A DNA stretch of 64,000 bases from Minisyncoccota bacterium (GTDB taxonomy: Bacteria; Patescibacteriota; Minisyncoccia; Phycocordibacterales; SBAW01), in contig DASZRD010000007.1 in the NCBI GenBank assembly GCA_035549255.1, forward strand, positions 65,104 to 129,103, given 5' to 3'. A model generated the notes under the pieces. The model saw nothing but the letters and a program-made list of their open reading frames with translations, had not been told where the DNA came from and searched no databases. The position numbers and the translations under genes were made by a program. Shown here one piece after another: positions 27,566 through 37,226 of this stretch; the first letter of the stretch is position 1; every line of letters begins with the position of its first letter.

Positions 27566-28620
27566 TATGCCTGCAGTCGGTATATCGCGAGCTCGAGCGG
27601 GAGTTCGGGCAGGGGCGCGCGGGGAGTCTCGACAAGCGCGGTGATAAGCTCCGCAAGCAGCGCGGAGTTTATCTCTTTCCCTTCGGAGCCAGCAAGCTTT
27701 TGCATCAGTACGAGGTCATCCTCGCCGAACTGCTCCCCGAGCTCCGCTTTAAGCTTAGGCGCGTAGCGCAAGAGGAGTATGCCGCGGATCTTGGCGATCG
27801 CCAGCAGGAGGAAAACCCGCGCTTCCGCGCCAGCCTTGAGCGCCGCATGGAACGCGGCGAGTGCGGCCTCGGGGTCCTTGCGCGCTGCGCCCGACACGAA
27901 GTCATTAACGAGGCTTCCCTGCGGCGCACCGACGACACGGGCGACTTCCTCCTCGCCGAGCTTGCCGCCATCGCTTACGGTGAGGGCCTTCTGAAGCACG
28001 CCCAGCGTGTCGCGGAAGGAACCGTCGCCCATGAGCGCGATCAATTCTGCTCCGGCGGGCGCGAGCGCCACGCCTTCTTTTTTCGCGACATCCGCTACGA
28101 GCTTCTTGAGTATTTCCTGCGACGGCTTCTTGAACTGGAAGACCTGGCAGCGCGAGCGGATGGTCTCCGGCACGCGGTCAAGCTCGGTGGTTGCCAGCAC
28201 GAAGACGGCGTGCGCCGGCGGCTCTTCAAGCGTCTTTAAAAACGCGCCCCACGCGTCCTTCGTGAGCGCATGCGCCTCGTCAATTATGTAAAATTTATAC
28301 TTCGAGCTAAATGGCAGCGTCGCAACACCCTCGCGCAGTTCTCTGATCTCATCGATGCCGCGGTTGCTCGCGGCATCCATCTCGTAGATATCCTCGTCTT
28401 GGGTACCCACCGCGCGCGCAAGTATGCGCGCCATCGAGGTCTTGCCCGTGCCGCGCCCGCCCGCGAAGAGGTATGCATGCGCGATGTCGCCCTTCTTGAC
28501 TGCCGCTTCGAGCACCGAGACCACTTCCTCCTGCCCGCGCACGTCCTTAAATGCCGCCGGCCGATACGCGCGATAGAGCGCCATAGGCGCCTGCGTCTCC
28601 TCTTTGGCCCCTTTTGCCAT
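27565..28620 (-). CDS. dnaX: DNA polymerase III subunit gamma/tau (short, about 351 aa)
   Basis: AAA+ motif ...YLFAGGRGTGKTSMARILARAVGT.... The start was set at MAKGAKEE. The track ORF's 42-aa extension would overlap the next gene. Confidence 0.85.
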   Translation of the reverse strand: MAKGAKEETQAPMALYRAYRPAAFKDVRGQEEVVSVLEAAVKKGDIAHAYLFAGGRGTGKTSMARILARAVGTQDEDIYEMDAASNRGIDEIRELREGVATLPFSSKYKFYIIDEAHALTKDAWGAFLKTLEEPPAHAVFVLATTELDRVPETIRSRCQVFQFKKPSQEILKKLVADVAKKEGVALAPAGAELIALMGDGSFRDTLGVLQKALTVSDGGKLGEEEVARVVGAPQGSLVNDFVSGAARKDPEAALAAFHAALKAGAEARVFLLLAIAKIRGILLLRYAPKLKAELGEQFGEDDLVLMQKLAGSEGKEINSALLAELITALVETPRAPLPELPLELAIYRLQA

Positions 28621-28646
28621 GGGCTTCAGTATACAAGAGTTACGAG

Positions 28647-29051
28647 CTAGCGTCTCTTCGAGGCTGTCGCCGCTTTTCTCGCGGCGCGCTTGGCTTTGCT
28701 TGCGCCCTTTGTGGCGCCTTTCTGCGCCGCCTGCATATGCGCCCACGCGCTCTTGAAATCCTTCATCATGTGGCTCATCTGCTGCGCCGACGCGCCCGCT
28801 TTGCTGCCGTAATTTTGCACGACCTGCTCCGCAAGGGCGAGGTACTGCGCCTTATCGATATCATTGAGCTTCTCTACCGCATCGAGGACTTCCGCGCGCG
28901 CCTTGAGCATCCAGCTCTTGGCCATCTTGCGATGCTGGGTGGAGTGCTTGGCGCCATAGAGCCAATACGCCGCGGCGCCAGTGGCCGCGACAGCCGCGAG
29001 CCCCGCGCCTACTCCCACCGACATGCCCATCCCATTCGATTTATTTGCCAT
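28647..29051 (-). CDS. hypothetical protein, TM segment plus Lys/Ala-rich region
   Basis: 134 aa. Composition only. Confidence 0.4.
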   Translation of the reverse strand: MANKSNGMGMSVGVGAGLAAVAATGAAAYWLYGAKHSTQHRKMAKSWMLKARAEVLDAVEKLNDIDKAQYLALAEQVVQNYGSKAGASAQQMSHMMKDFKSAWAHMQAAQKGATKGASKAKRAARKAATASKRR

Positions 29052-29119
29052 ACCATTCGTTATTTTTAGTGCGTACCGTTATTAATGAATTACACGCTTA
29101 CCACCATACAAGAGCAAAA

Positions 29120-29434
29120 CTATGCTTCCGGTGAAGGCGGGTGCTTGCGAACGACTCTGCGCCGTGCCGGAGAACGTGCTGCCCGCTCAAGCCATCCAAG
29201 GACGATATCGATAAGCATCTTGCCCTTGGTCCCTTCCTGCCTCAGCGTCATACGCAGATCCTCAAAATCCTTTTCGACCTCGCCGCTGGCCTTGCAGATG
29301 CGAGCAACTACCTTGCGCAAGTCGCGCGCTGCCGGAATGAGGTAGTACAGGAGAATAAGAACTCCGATAGTAACGAGTATGACCGCGATCGAGGTTATGA
29401 AGAAGAAAATATCCGCATGCACGACTTCGGTCAT
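29120..29434 (-). CDS. hypothetical single-pass membrane protein
   Basis: 104 aa with an N-terminal TM helix. Confidence 0.4.
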   Translation of the reverse strand: MTEVVHADIFFFITSIAVILVTIGVLILLYYLIPAARDLRKVVARICKASGEVEKDFEDLRMTLRQEGTKGKMLIDIVLGWLERAARSPARRRVVRKHPPSPEA

Positions 29435-29441
29435 GCGTTCA

Positions 29442-30419
29442 TTATAGCGCAGATATAAAATTGGATACTACTTTTTCGACTTCCGCCGCGGTATTGCACT
29501 CCATCAGCTTCACACGCAACTCCTTGGCACCGTCGAAGCCTTCGGCATACGCCTTGAAATGCTTTTTCATGATGGCGAAGCTCTTGATGTCGCCGAGCAG
29601 TTCTTCGTAAAGCTTGGTGTGCTCAACAAGTATTCGGAGCCGCTCTTCTGGCGACTTCTGCTCTTCCGTAAAGAGCCATGGCGTGCCGAAAACGCCGCGG
29701 CCGATCATGACGCCGTCGGCCCCCGACTCTGCCGCGCGAGCACGCGCCTCTTCGACATTCTTTACATCGCCGTTGCCGACAATAAGTGTTTTACTCCCGA
29801 GTTCGTTACGAATTTCTACCGCGCGCTTAATACGATCCCAATGCGCGTTGACCAGCGACATTTCCTTACGCGTCCGCGCATGCAGGATAAGCGCTACCGG
29901 CTCGGCTTTGAGGATTTCCGGCAGCCATTCTTCAAGAATGTCTTTGTTATAACCCAAGCGGGTTTTTACCGATACCGGCAGATCGGGCGCGCCGCGCTTT
30001 GCCGCGGCGACCAGCTCGCGCGCACGCTCGGGGTTGAGGATAAGCTTTGCCCCCGCGCCCTGCTTCTCAATCGCATCGGCCGGGCAGCCCATATTTATGT
30101 CGATGCCGTCGAAGCCCATCTCAGCTGCGAGCGCCGCAGCCTTCCCCATGTGCTCGGGTGTTGAGGTAAAGAATTGCGCGACGATCGGCCGCTCGGCATC
30201 CGTGAACACAAGGTCGCGCATCAGCTTCTTCCTCCCTTCCTCGGGCGCCAGCGCAAGCCCGTCGGCCGAGACGAACTCGGTATATATCACATGCGGCCCT
30301 GCGGGCTTGGAATACTTGGCGATGATGCGCCTGAAGGCCGGGTCGGTAACGTCCGCCATCGGCGCGAGCACGAAAAACGGCTTCGGGAGGCGGTGCCAGA
30401 AGGTCTGTGGAGACGTCAT
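29442..30419 (-). CDS. dus: tRNA-dihydrouridine synthase
   Basis: FMN TIM-barrel with the motif ...FFVLAPMADVTDPAFRRII... and a Dus C-terminal helical domain. Confidence 0.88.
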   Translation of the reverse strand: MTSPQTFWHRLPKPFFVLAPMADVTDPAFRRIIAKYSKPAGPHVIYTEFVSADGLALAPEEGRKKLMRDLVFTDAERPIVAQFFTSTPEHMGKAAALAAEMGFDGIDINMGCPADAIEKQGAGAKLILNPERARELVAAAKRGAPDLPVSVKTRLGYNKDILEEWLPEILKAEPVALILHARTRKEMSLVNAHWDRIKRAVEIRNELGSKTLIVGNGDVKNVEEARARAAESGADGVMIGRGVFGTPWLFTEEQKSPEERLRILVEHTKLYEELLGDIKSFAIMKKHFKAYAEGFDGAKELRVKLMECNTAAEVEKVVSNFISAL

Positions 30420-30479
30420 TTGACAAGGCTAACGACTAGCAGTCTAATAGTCAACTGGAAATAGAACGAGGAAGCGCCC

Positions 30480-30761
30480 ATGAAATACGACCTTGGCGGT
30501 GCGACGGTGCAGACGCGCCGCCAGCGTACGCCCGCGGAAGTACGGCTGGATGAAACGCTCCGGCACGCAGCAGGAAGCAAGCCTGTCTGCTATACCTGGA
30601 ATCCGGATTGCCTCGGCATTCCCCAGCTGCGGGACAACTTCGTCCCAGAATTGGAGGAGCCGAAAGTGACGAAGATTGGATCATGGTGGAAGCGGCTTAG
30701 ACGCCTCTTCGGGGCCAGCGCCAAAGAATCGCATTCCGATGCCGGTTTTGCGGAAAAGTGA
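30480..30761 (+). CDS. hypothetical small protein (93 aa)
   Basis: An AGGAAG SD sits about 7 nt upstream, and a strong terminator follows. Confidence 0.45.
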   Translation: MKYDLGGATVQTRRQRTPAEVRLDETLRHAAGSKPVCYTWNPDCLGIPQLRDNFVPELEEPKVTKIGSWWKRLRRLFGASAKESHSDAGFAEK

Positions 30762-30767
30762 ACCGAT

Positions 30768-30806
30768 ATGGCCCGCAGCGACATGTATGTCGCTGCGGGC
30801 CTTTTA
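30768..30806. terminator. intrinsic terminator
   Basis: GGCCCGCAGCGACATGTATGTCGCTGCGGGCC followed by TTTTA. Confidence 0.55.
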
Positions 30807-30808
30807 TA

Positions 30809-31621
30809 TTACTGCCTGAGTTTATAGTACAGCCGGTCGCCGAAACGCAGATCGAGATACTCGAAGTCGGAGAGCTTGTGCGCGGTAAAGGGCGCCGCGG
30901 CGAGCGCAAGCGAGAAGCGCTGCACCACGTCGGCGCCGCTATCCATGAGCGAGTAGCGCAGTACGAACCCGTCATTAAAGTGTACGACGCCGGTATCGGG
31001 AGTTATTTCCACCGCCACGATATCTTCCCTGGCAGCGCCGGCGAGCGCCGATTCAAGCGCCGCGAGCCCCTGGAAGCTCTCCGGCGTCATGAACTGCTTG
31101 GGGTAGGCCGCCTTGAGCGCGCCGTAATATCGCACATACACCTGGCCGGCGAAATCCGCCGCAGGCGCATACACCGCGCCGCTGTCGTCCATCAGTGAGC
31201 AGGGCGAGGATGACGCGGCCGACTCGCCGCACCACAGCGCCGCGGGCGCGCGCTCCGTGACGGTGATCGAAAGCGCGGCCAGGTTCTGGGAATAGATGCC
31301 CACGGTCTTGAATATCGGGAATTGCCGCATGAGCGACGCCCGCAGCTCTTCTCGCGGGTAGAGGAATGCATTGTCGCGCGGGAAGATATACCATTGCTCT
31401 CCCGCAAGCTCGCTTTGGGCGGCAGTACGGACGGTATCGAGGTTGACCGACGATACGCCTTCGATATCGATGGTCTGAATGCGAACCACCGGCAGCCACA
31501 TGAGCCCCACGGCTGCCCCTGCTACGGTCACCAGAAGCGCCGCGGCAACAATCATCAGCCGAACGCGGCGCTTGCGGCGGCGCGCGCGGACTCGTGAGGC
31601 CGGCAGCTCAACGCGAGCCAT
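30809..31621 (-). CDS. ftsQ: cell division protein FtsQ/DivIB-like (POTRA)
   Basis: Basic N-terminus, one TM helix and a POTRA-like region (...VVRIQTIDIEGVSSVNLDTVRTAAQ...). Confidence 0.7.
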   Translation of the reverse strand: MARVELPASRVRARRRKRRVRLMIVAAALLVTVAGAAVGLMWLPVVRIQTIDIEGVSSVNLDTVRTAAQSELAGEQWYIFPRDNAFLYPREELRASLMRQFPIFKTVGIYSQNLAALSITVTERAPAALWCGESAASSSPCSLMDDSGAVYAPAADFAGQVYVRYYGALKAAYPKQFMTPESFQGLAALESALAGAAREDIVAVEITPDTGVVHFNDGFVLRYSLMDSGADVVQRFSLALAAAPFTAHKLSDFEYLDLRFGDRLYYKLRQ

Positions 31622-31624
31622 ACC

Positions 31625-32914
31625 TCAGCCTTGCTTCGTTATGATTTCCTTGCCGAGGTAGGATTGGAGGACGTCCGGTACGCGGATCGAGCCATCCGCT
31701 TGCTGATAATTTTCGATAATTGCAATAAGCGTGCGGCCCATCGCGTATGCGGTTGCGTCGTTCATGTGGATTGTTTCAATCGAGCCGTCGTTTCGCTTTA
31801 CTCGCGTATTGAGACGACGCGCTTGAAAGCCGCCGACGTAGTCAGCGCTGTTTGTTTCTCTATACGTATTTTGCCCCGGCATCCACGTCTCGATGTCGAT
31901 TTGTCGTTGGTCGGGGAAGCCCATGTCGCCGGTGCAGACGAGCACCACCTGATACGGCAGCTTGAGCGCCTGCAGCAGATGTTCTTGTATGGCAACCATA
32001 AAATCCTGCTCGGCAATGCCGTCTTCCGGCCTTACAAATGTCTCCATCTCGATTTTGTCGAACTGATGCTGGCGCAAGATTCCCTTGGTGTCTTTGCCGT
32101 AGGAACCCGCCTCGCGGCGAAACGCGCTTGAGTAGCCCACATACCGCAGTGGCAGCAGATCTTCTTTTACGGTCTCATCCATATGCAGAGGCCCGAGCGT
32201 ATGTTCGGCAGAGCCTATCATCATGGTTTCGTCTTCGGGGAAAAGGTAATGTTCTTCGGGTGTAAGGAAGCGCGCCATTCGGATCTGCACCTGCTTTTTA
32301 ACAATCATCGGCACGATAGCCGGTAGAAAAGGTTTGTCGCTCACCGAAAGCCCGGCACTTTTAATTATTTCTGCGAGCTTTTCGCGCGAGGTAAGCACGC
32401 TCATCGCATAGTGAATGAGTGCAAATTGCATGAGCGCTAAATCGCCGAGGAGGTACGTAAAGCGGGCACCCGAGACTTCGGCAGCCTTTTCATTATTAAT
32501 GATCCCAAGCTCGCGGCCCAGATCCCAATGCGCTTTGGGCGTAAAATCAAAAGTGGGTTTGTCTCCCCACTGGCGCACGACTTTGTTGCCCGACTCATCG
32601 GGACCAACGGGTGTGTCGGCAGAAGGAATGTTCGGGATTTTGACGAGCATACTTACGAGCTCCTTCTCAAGGGCTTGGTACTTCTCCTCGGCAGCCTTGA
32701 GCGACTCTTTGAGTGCCTTGCCTGCCTCGGCATCGCGCGCGGCAGCCGCCTCGTTGCGCTTCTTGTTGATGTCGCTAATCTCGCCCGCGAGCGACTTGCG
32801 CTCATCGGCAAGCGCGAGTACACGGTCGAGGTCGACAGCGCCTTCGCGGTTCTTGTTCTTAAGCGCGGCGCGAACGATGTCTGGATTTTCCCGGATGAAG
32901 GTGATATCTAACAT
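31625..32914 (-). CDS. serS: serine--tRNA ligase
   Basis: 429 aa with an N-terminal coiled coil and a class II aaRS core. Confidence 0.93.
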   Translation of the reverse strand: MLDITFIRENPDIVRAALKNKNREGAVDLDRVLALADERKSLAGEISDINKKRNEAAAARDAEAGKALKESLKAAEEKYQALEKELVSMLVKIPNIPSADTPVGPDESGNKVVRQWGDKPTFDFTPKAHWDLGRELGIINNEKAAEVSGARFTYLLGDLALMQFALIHYAMSVLTSREKLAEIIKSAGLSVSDKPFLPAIVPMIVKKQVQIRMARFLTPEEHYLFPEDETMMIGSAEHTLGPLHMDETVKEDLLPLRYVGYSSAFRREAGSYGKDTKGILRQHQFDKIEMETFVRPEDGIAEQDFMVAIQEHLLQALKLPYQVVLVCTGDMGFPDQRQIDIETWMPGQNTYRETNSADYVGGFQARRLNTRVKRNDGSIETIHMNDATAYAMGRTLIAIIENYQQADGSIRVPDVLQSYLGKEIITKQG

Positions 32915-32939
32915 AGGTGCGGAATATCCATAGCGTACA

Positions 32940-33800
32940 ATGACTTTCCCTCTGCGACAACTGCCCCGGGACGAATTTCCTGAACTGCTTGAGGAAATCC
33001 CAGGGAAACCGAAGACTCTTTATATCCGCGGCACGCTCCCGCCGCGCGACTCTCTATTACTGTGCATGGTCGGCTCGCGCGCAACGACACCCTACGGCCG
33101 CCGCATGTGCCAGAGCCTCGTTGCTGGTCTCGCGCGCTATCCCGTCGCCATAGTTTCCGGCATGGCACTTGGGATCGACAGCGAGGCGCACAAGGCGGCG
33201 CTCGATGTCGGCCTCTCAACCATCGCCGTACTCCCCTCGTCGGCAGACGACGCGAGCCTCTATCCCTCGAGTAATAAAGCACTCGCGCAAAGAATACTTG
33301 TGCAAGGCGGCGCGCTCATAAGCGAATACAAAACTCCTTTCAAGGCGGCGCAGTACTCCTTCGCGCAGCGCAACCGCGTGATGGCCGGCATGTCCAAGGC
33401 AACGCTTATCATCGAGGCAGGAGAAAAATCGGGTACGTTAATTACTTCTCGGCTTGCGCTCGATTTCAACCGCGAGGTGCTGTGCGTGCCGCACGAGCTC
33501 GGCCGCGAAACCGGCGAGGGCGCCAACCGTCTTATCAGAGAGGGTGCCACTCTGGTGCGTGACAGTAATGACATCCTCGAGGCGCTTGGTATTAAGCCTG
33601 AGGGTCCGACCCAAGCACTGCTTCCGACTGACCTCACCGAGACTGAGGCAAAAATTCTCAAGGCACTCTCCGAAGCGCTCGTACGCGACGAGGTCATCGA
33701 GGCGGCGGAGCTCTCCGCACAAGACGCTAATATAGCCCTTTCTTCCCTCCTTATTCGCGGGCTCATTACCGAGCGCCTTGGCAAGATCGAACGAGTGTGA
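32940..33800 (+). CDS. dprA: DNA-processing protein DprA (Smf)
   Basis: Rossmann-like DprA domain ...GMALGIDSEAHKAALDVGLSTIAVL.... Confidence 0.88.
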   Translation: MTFPLRQLPRDEFPELLEEIPGKPKTLYIRGTLPPRDSLLLCMVGSRATTPYGRRMCQSLVAGLARYPVAIVSGMALGIDSEAHKAALDVGLSTIAVLPSSADDASLYPSSNKALAQRILVQGGALISEYKTPFKAAQYSFAQRNRVMAGMSKATLIIEAGEKSGTLITSRLALDFNREVLCVPHELGRETGEGANRLIREGATLVRDSNDILEALGIKPEGPTQALLPTDLTETEAKILKALSEALVRDEVIEAAELSAQDANIALSSLLIRGLITERLGKIERV

Positions 33801-33839
33801 GATTGTGAAGCCGGAGAGGTCATTCAGAAAGGATTTCGG

Positions 33840-34424
33840 ATGTCTGACAAATCAGAGTATGGGCTGAAGTGGTGGAAATCTCTCTCTGACGAGCAAAGAG
33901 CGAAGGAGCTGGAACACCGCTTCGCCGCCGGCGAAAGCAATACCAAGATAGCCGAGCATTACAGCATCACTTCAGGGATGGTCGCGGGACAGCGCCACAA
34001 GCGCAACAAGCTCCTGCATCCCGAGCGATATGACGAAAAGGGCAAGCCCAAGCAGGACGGCAGGCGACGGAGCGAGGCACGCGCCGCGGCAGCAAAAAAG
34101 CCTCCTCCGAAAGCCCAAAATCCCAGGCTGATGTTGCATCGCATCAAGGAGCGCCGCAAGGCCCCAGAAAAGAACCCTCCAAAGAGGCCTCGCAGCTCGA
34201 TGATGGCACGTACCTTCGACGAGTTCCGACCCCCGACCGAGCGTCGGGGCGAGCCGAAGCGACCTAAGCGGGCCGTGCCGGTCCGATCGGTAGAGGCGGC
34301 GGCGCAGCCGGAGAGATCCAGACGCCGGGCTTTGGAACGCAGCCGCGCGTTCCCGACTTCGGAGGAATCAGGTCTGCCCATAGACGTCCTCCGTGATATT
34401 GAAAAAGCCTTTTACAAGGACTGA
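33840..34424 (+). CDS. basic protein with a GcrA-like N-terminal HTH
   Basis: GLKWWKSLSDEQRAKELEHRFAAGESNTKIAEHYSITSGMVAGQRHKRNKL resembles the GcrA N-terminus. The rest is Lys/Arg/Pro-rich and disordered. Confidence 0.45.
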   Translation: MSDKSEYGLKWWKSLSDEQRAKELEHRFAAGESNTKIAEHYSITSGMVAGQRHKRNKLLHPERYDEKGKPKQDGRRRSEARAAAAKKPPPKAQNPRLMLHRIKERRKAPEKNPPKRPRSSMMARTFDEFRPPTERRGEPKRPKRAVPVRSVEAAAQPERSRRRALERSRAFPTSEESGLPIDVLRDIEKAFYKD

Positions 34425-34426
34425 TC

Positions 34427-34465
34427 CATGCCCCGCACGGCTCGTAAGCTGCGCGGGGCATCATT
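34427..34465 (+). terminator. intrinsic terminator
   Basis: ATGCCCCGCACGGCTCGTAAGCTGCGCGGGGCAT followed by CATTTTG. Confidence 0.5.
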
Positions 34466-34511
34466 TTGCAAAAATTTCAACTTCGTTGTAGAAATTTGAT
34501 ACACTATATAT

Positions 34512-36731
34512 ATGAAGCTCGTTATCGTAGAGTCGCCGGCCAAGGCGAAGACTATTGAGAAGTACCTCGGCGACATCGACAAGTCCGAGAAGTTCGTCGT
34601 GCGCGCCTCCGTAGGCCATGTGCGCGATTTGCCGAAGTCCAACAAAAAGGCGATCGACATCCCCGCCGGCTTCGTGCCGCACTACGAGGTCGTGGCCGGC
34701 AAGCAGAAGGTCATCGACGACCTTGAGGACATCGCCAAGAAAGCCGACGAGGTGATCCTCGCGACCGACCCCGACCGCGAGGGCGAGGCAATCGCCTGGC
34801 ACATCGCGCAGGAATTGAAGTTAAAGAAACCCGAGCGCATCGTCTTCCACGAGATTACGCCGGAAGCGATCGAGGAGGCGCTTGCGCACCCACGTGGTAT
34901 CGATGAGCATCTTCGCTATGCGCAAGAGGCTCGAAGAGTGCTCGACCGTTTGGTAGGCTACGACCTCTCTGGATTAATCTGGAAGAAGGTTCGCTACGGC
35001 CTCTCGGCCGGCCGCGTGCAATCCCCCGCGCTGCGCATCCTCATGGAGCGCGAGCGCGAGATCAGAGCGTTCAAGCCCGAAACCTTTTACGTAATCACGG
35101 CAAAGACCGCGACCCCGCGCAAAGACGCGCTCGACGTCATCTGCGTTGAAGAGCCGCGCGACAAAAAAGTCGCCGAGGATATCATCGCCGCAGTTAAGAA
35201 AGACGGGCTCACTGTTGCCGATGTGACGGAAAGCGAGATGAAGCGCGCACCACGTGCGCCCTTCACTACCTCTACCCTCCAGCAAGCAGCATCGACACGC
35301 CTCGGCTTCTCGCCCTCCAATACCATGCGCATTGCGCAGAAGCTCTACGAGGCTGGCCATATCACCTACATGCGCACCGACTCGACCAACCTCGCCGCGC
35401 CCGCGCGCGCGAGCATGCTCGGCCTCATTGAGAAGAAGTTCGGCAAGAACTATGCGCAGCCGCATACCTTCGCCGCGAAGTCCAAGAACGCTCAAGAAGC
35501 GCACGAGGCGATCCGCCCGACGCATATCGAGAAGGAGACGGTCGCCGGCACGCCCGAGCAGAAGCGGCTTTACGAACTCATTTGGAAGCGCGCCGTAGCG
35601 AGCCAGATGGCCGACGCGAAGCTCCTCAAGACCAAGATCTTGGCAGAGACTACAGATAAAAAAATCCCGCAATTTGCGGCCAACGGCTCGCGTGTGATCT
35701 TCGATGGCTGGCTCAAGGCCGACCCCGCCGCGCGCGGCGAGGATGTCGAGCTGCCTGTAGCAAAGTCCGGCGAAGAGCTCGACGTAAAGGATGTCTCGAT
35801 GGAAGAGAAGCAGACTACCCCGCCCAATCGCTACACCGAAGCGGGCTTGATCAAAGAGCTCGAGAAGCGCGGCATCGGGCGTCCCTCGACCTACGCGAGC
35901 ATTATGAAGACGCTCAACGACCGCGGCTATGTTACGAAGGAAGGCAAGACGCTCATCCCAACCGACACTGGCGACGTTGTATCGACCTTCCTCGAGGACA
36001 ACTTCCCCACCTATATCAGCGACACCTTCACCGCTGAGATGGAAGACGAGCTCGACGAGATCGCGCAGGGCAAACGCGAGTATGCCAAAACGCTCGGCGA
36101 CTTCTACACGCCGTTTCTTAAGGAAGTAAAAAATAAAGACAAAGAGGCGGGTAAGATCACCGACCTCGGGCCCGCGCCAGCAGAATTCCCTTGCCCGGTG
36201 TGCGGCAGCCCGATGGTCTATAAGCTCTCGCGGCAAGGCAAGTTTATGTCGTGTACGCGCTTCCCCGACTGCCTTGGCGCGCGCACGGAGGCTGGCGAAG
36301 TAATCTCTAATGAGCCGCAGAAGCCACTTGGCAACTACACCAACGGCGAGCCGATCTATGTGCTCAACGGCCGCTTCGGCCCGTATGTGCAGGTGGGCGA
36401 AGTGCTCAAGGGCAAGGAAGCCAAGGGCAAAGAGAAGCCGCGCCGCGCATCAATCCCTAAAGGCAAGCTGCCCGAGGAAGTAACACTTGAAGACGCGCTT
36501 CACTATCTCAGCCTCCCGCGCGAGTTAGGCACGCATCCTGACACCGGCGAGACAATCATGGCTAATGTCGGCCGCTTCGGCCCCTACATCGCGCACAATA
36601 CCAAACCGAAGCCCGACTTCCGCAGCCTCAAGACTGACGATGTGTATACGATCACGCTCGACAGAGCGCTTGAAATATTGAAAGAAGAAAAGAAGCGCCG
36701 CGGCTTCGCAAGAAAAAAGAAGGAGGAGTAG
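34512..36731 (+). CDS. topA: DNA topoisomerase I
   Basis: TOPRIM plus Topo IA core and C-terminal zinc-ribbon regions. 739 aa. Confidence 0.93.
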   Translation: MKLVIVESPAKAKTIEKYLGDIDKSEKFVVRASVGHVRDLPKSNKKAIDIPAGFVPHYEVVAGKQKVIDDLEDIAKKADEVILATDPDREGEAIAWHIAQELKLKKPERIVFHEITPEAIEEALAHPRGIDEHLRYAQEARRVLDRLVGYDLSGLIWKKVRYGLSAGRVQSPALRILMEREREIRAFKPETFYVITAKTATPRKDALDVICVEEPRDKKVAEDIIAAVKKDGLTVADVTESEMKRAPRAPFTTSTLQQAASTRLGFSPSNTMRIAQKLYEAGHITYMRTDSTNLAAPARASMLGLIEKKFGKNYAQPHTFAAKSKNAQEAHEAIRPTHIEKETVAGTPEQKRLYELIWKRAVASQMADAKLLKTKILAETTDKKIPQFAANGSRVIFDGWLKADPAARGEDVELPVAKSGEELDVKDVSMEEKQTTPPNRYTEAGLIKELEKRGIGRPSTYASIMKTLNDRGYVTKEGKTLIPTDTGDVVSTFLEDNFPTYISDTFTAEMEDELDEIAQGKREYAKTLGDFYTPFLKEVKNKDKEAGKITDLGPAPAEFPCPVCGSPMVYKLSRQGKFMSCTRFPDCLGARTEAGEVISNEPQKPLGNYTNGEPIYVLNGRFGPYVQVGEVLKGKEAKGKEKPRRASIPKGKLPEEVTLEDALHYLSLPRELGTHPDTGETIMANVGRFGPYIAHNTKPKPDFRSLKTDDVYTITLDRALEILKEEKKRRGFARKKKEE

Positions 36732-36786
36732 AAACAGAAAACCGCCTCACCTCAGAGACGATCCTCTGCGGTTGGCGGTTGTTGGG

Positions 36787-37122
36787 CTAGCTTGGCCAGT
36801 GGACTCCTTTCACCTGTGCGGGGAAAATCGAAAAAGATTTAAGCTCGTCCTTGTACCAGCCTTGATCCAAGGCAAAGAGCTCATAGTTTTCAGCAGTCAT
36901 CTCGAAGGAAAGTTCGATATTACCGGAACCAAAGTCGTGAGTTACCTCCTTGACCCTGGCTTCGACAAATACCAACTTGCCACCTGACTTCTCGGCCTCA
37001 AGAAGGCAGAGTTCCCCGATGCGAGGAACCACAGACCACTTGACCTTCTTGCTGAGCGTACCCACGTCATATTCGGGACGTTCATCCGAACCAAGCCTGA
37101 TCTGGAGAAGAAGCTTCGCCAT
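36787..37122 (-). CDS. hypothetical protein (111 aa)
   Basis: ORF only. No recognisable domain. Confidence 0.4.
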   Translation of the reverse strand: MAKLLLQIRLGSDERPEYDVGTLSKKVKWSVVPRIGELCLLEAEKSGGKLVFVEARVKEVTHDFGSGNIELSFEMTAENYELFALDQGWYKDELKSFSIFPAQVKGVHWPS

Positions 37123-37226
37123 TGCAGTACGTGCTCCGTGTTAGTTAATGACCATTCAAGAAAAGTATACTAGAAACAACATAAAGGTCAATACGTCAAG
37201 AGACGCCTTAAAATAAGGCTCAAATC

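Noticed and set aside
29120-29434. DUF948-like assignment for the 104-aa membrane protein
   Set aside because: Only a vague resemblance in size and topology. Left as hypothetical.
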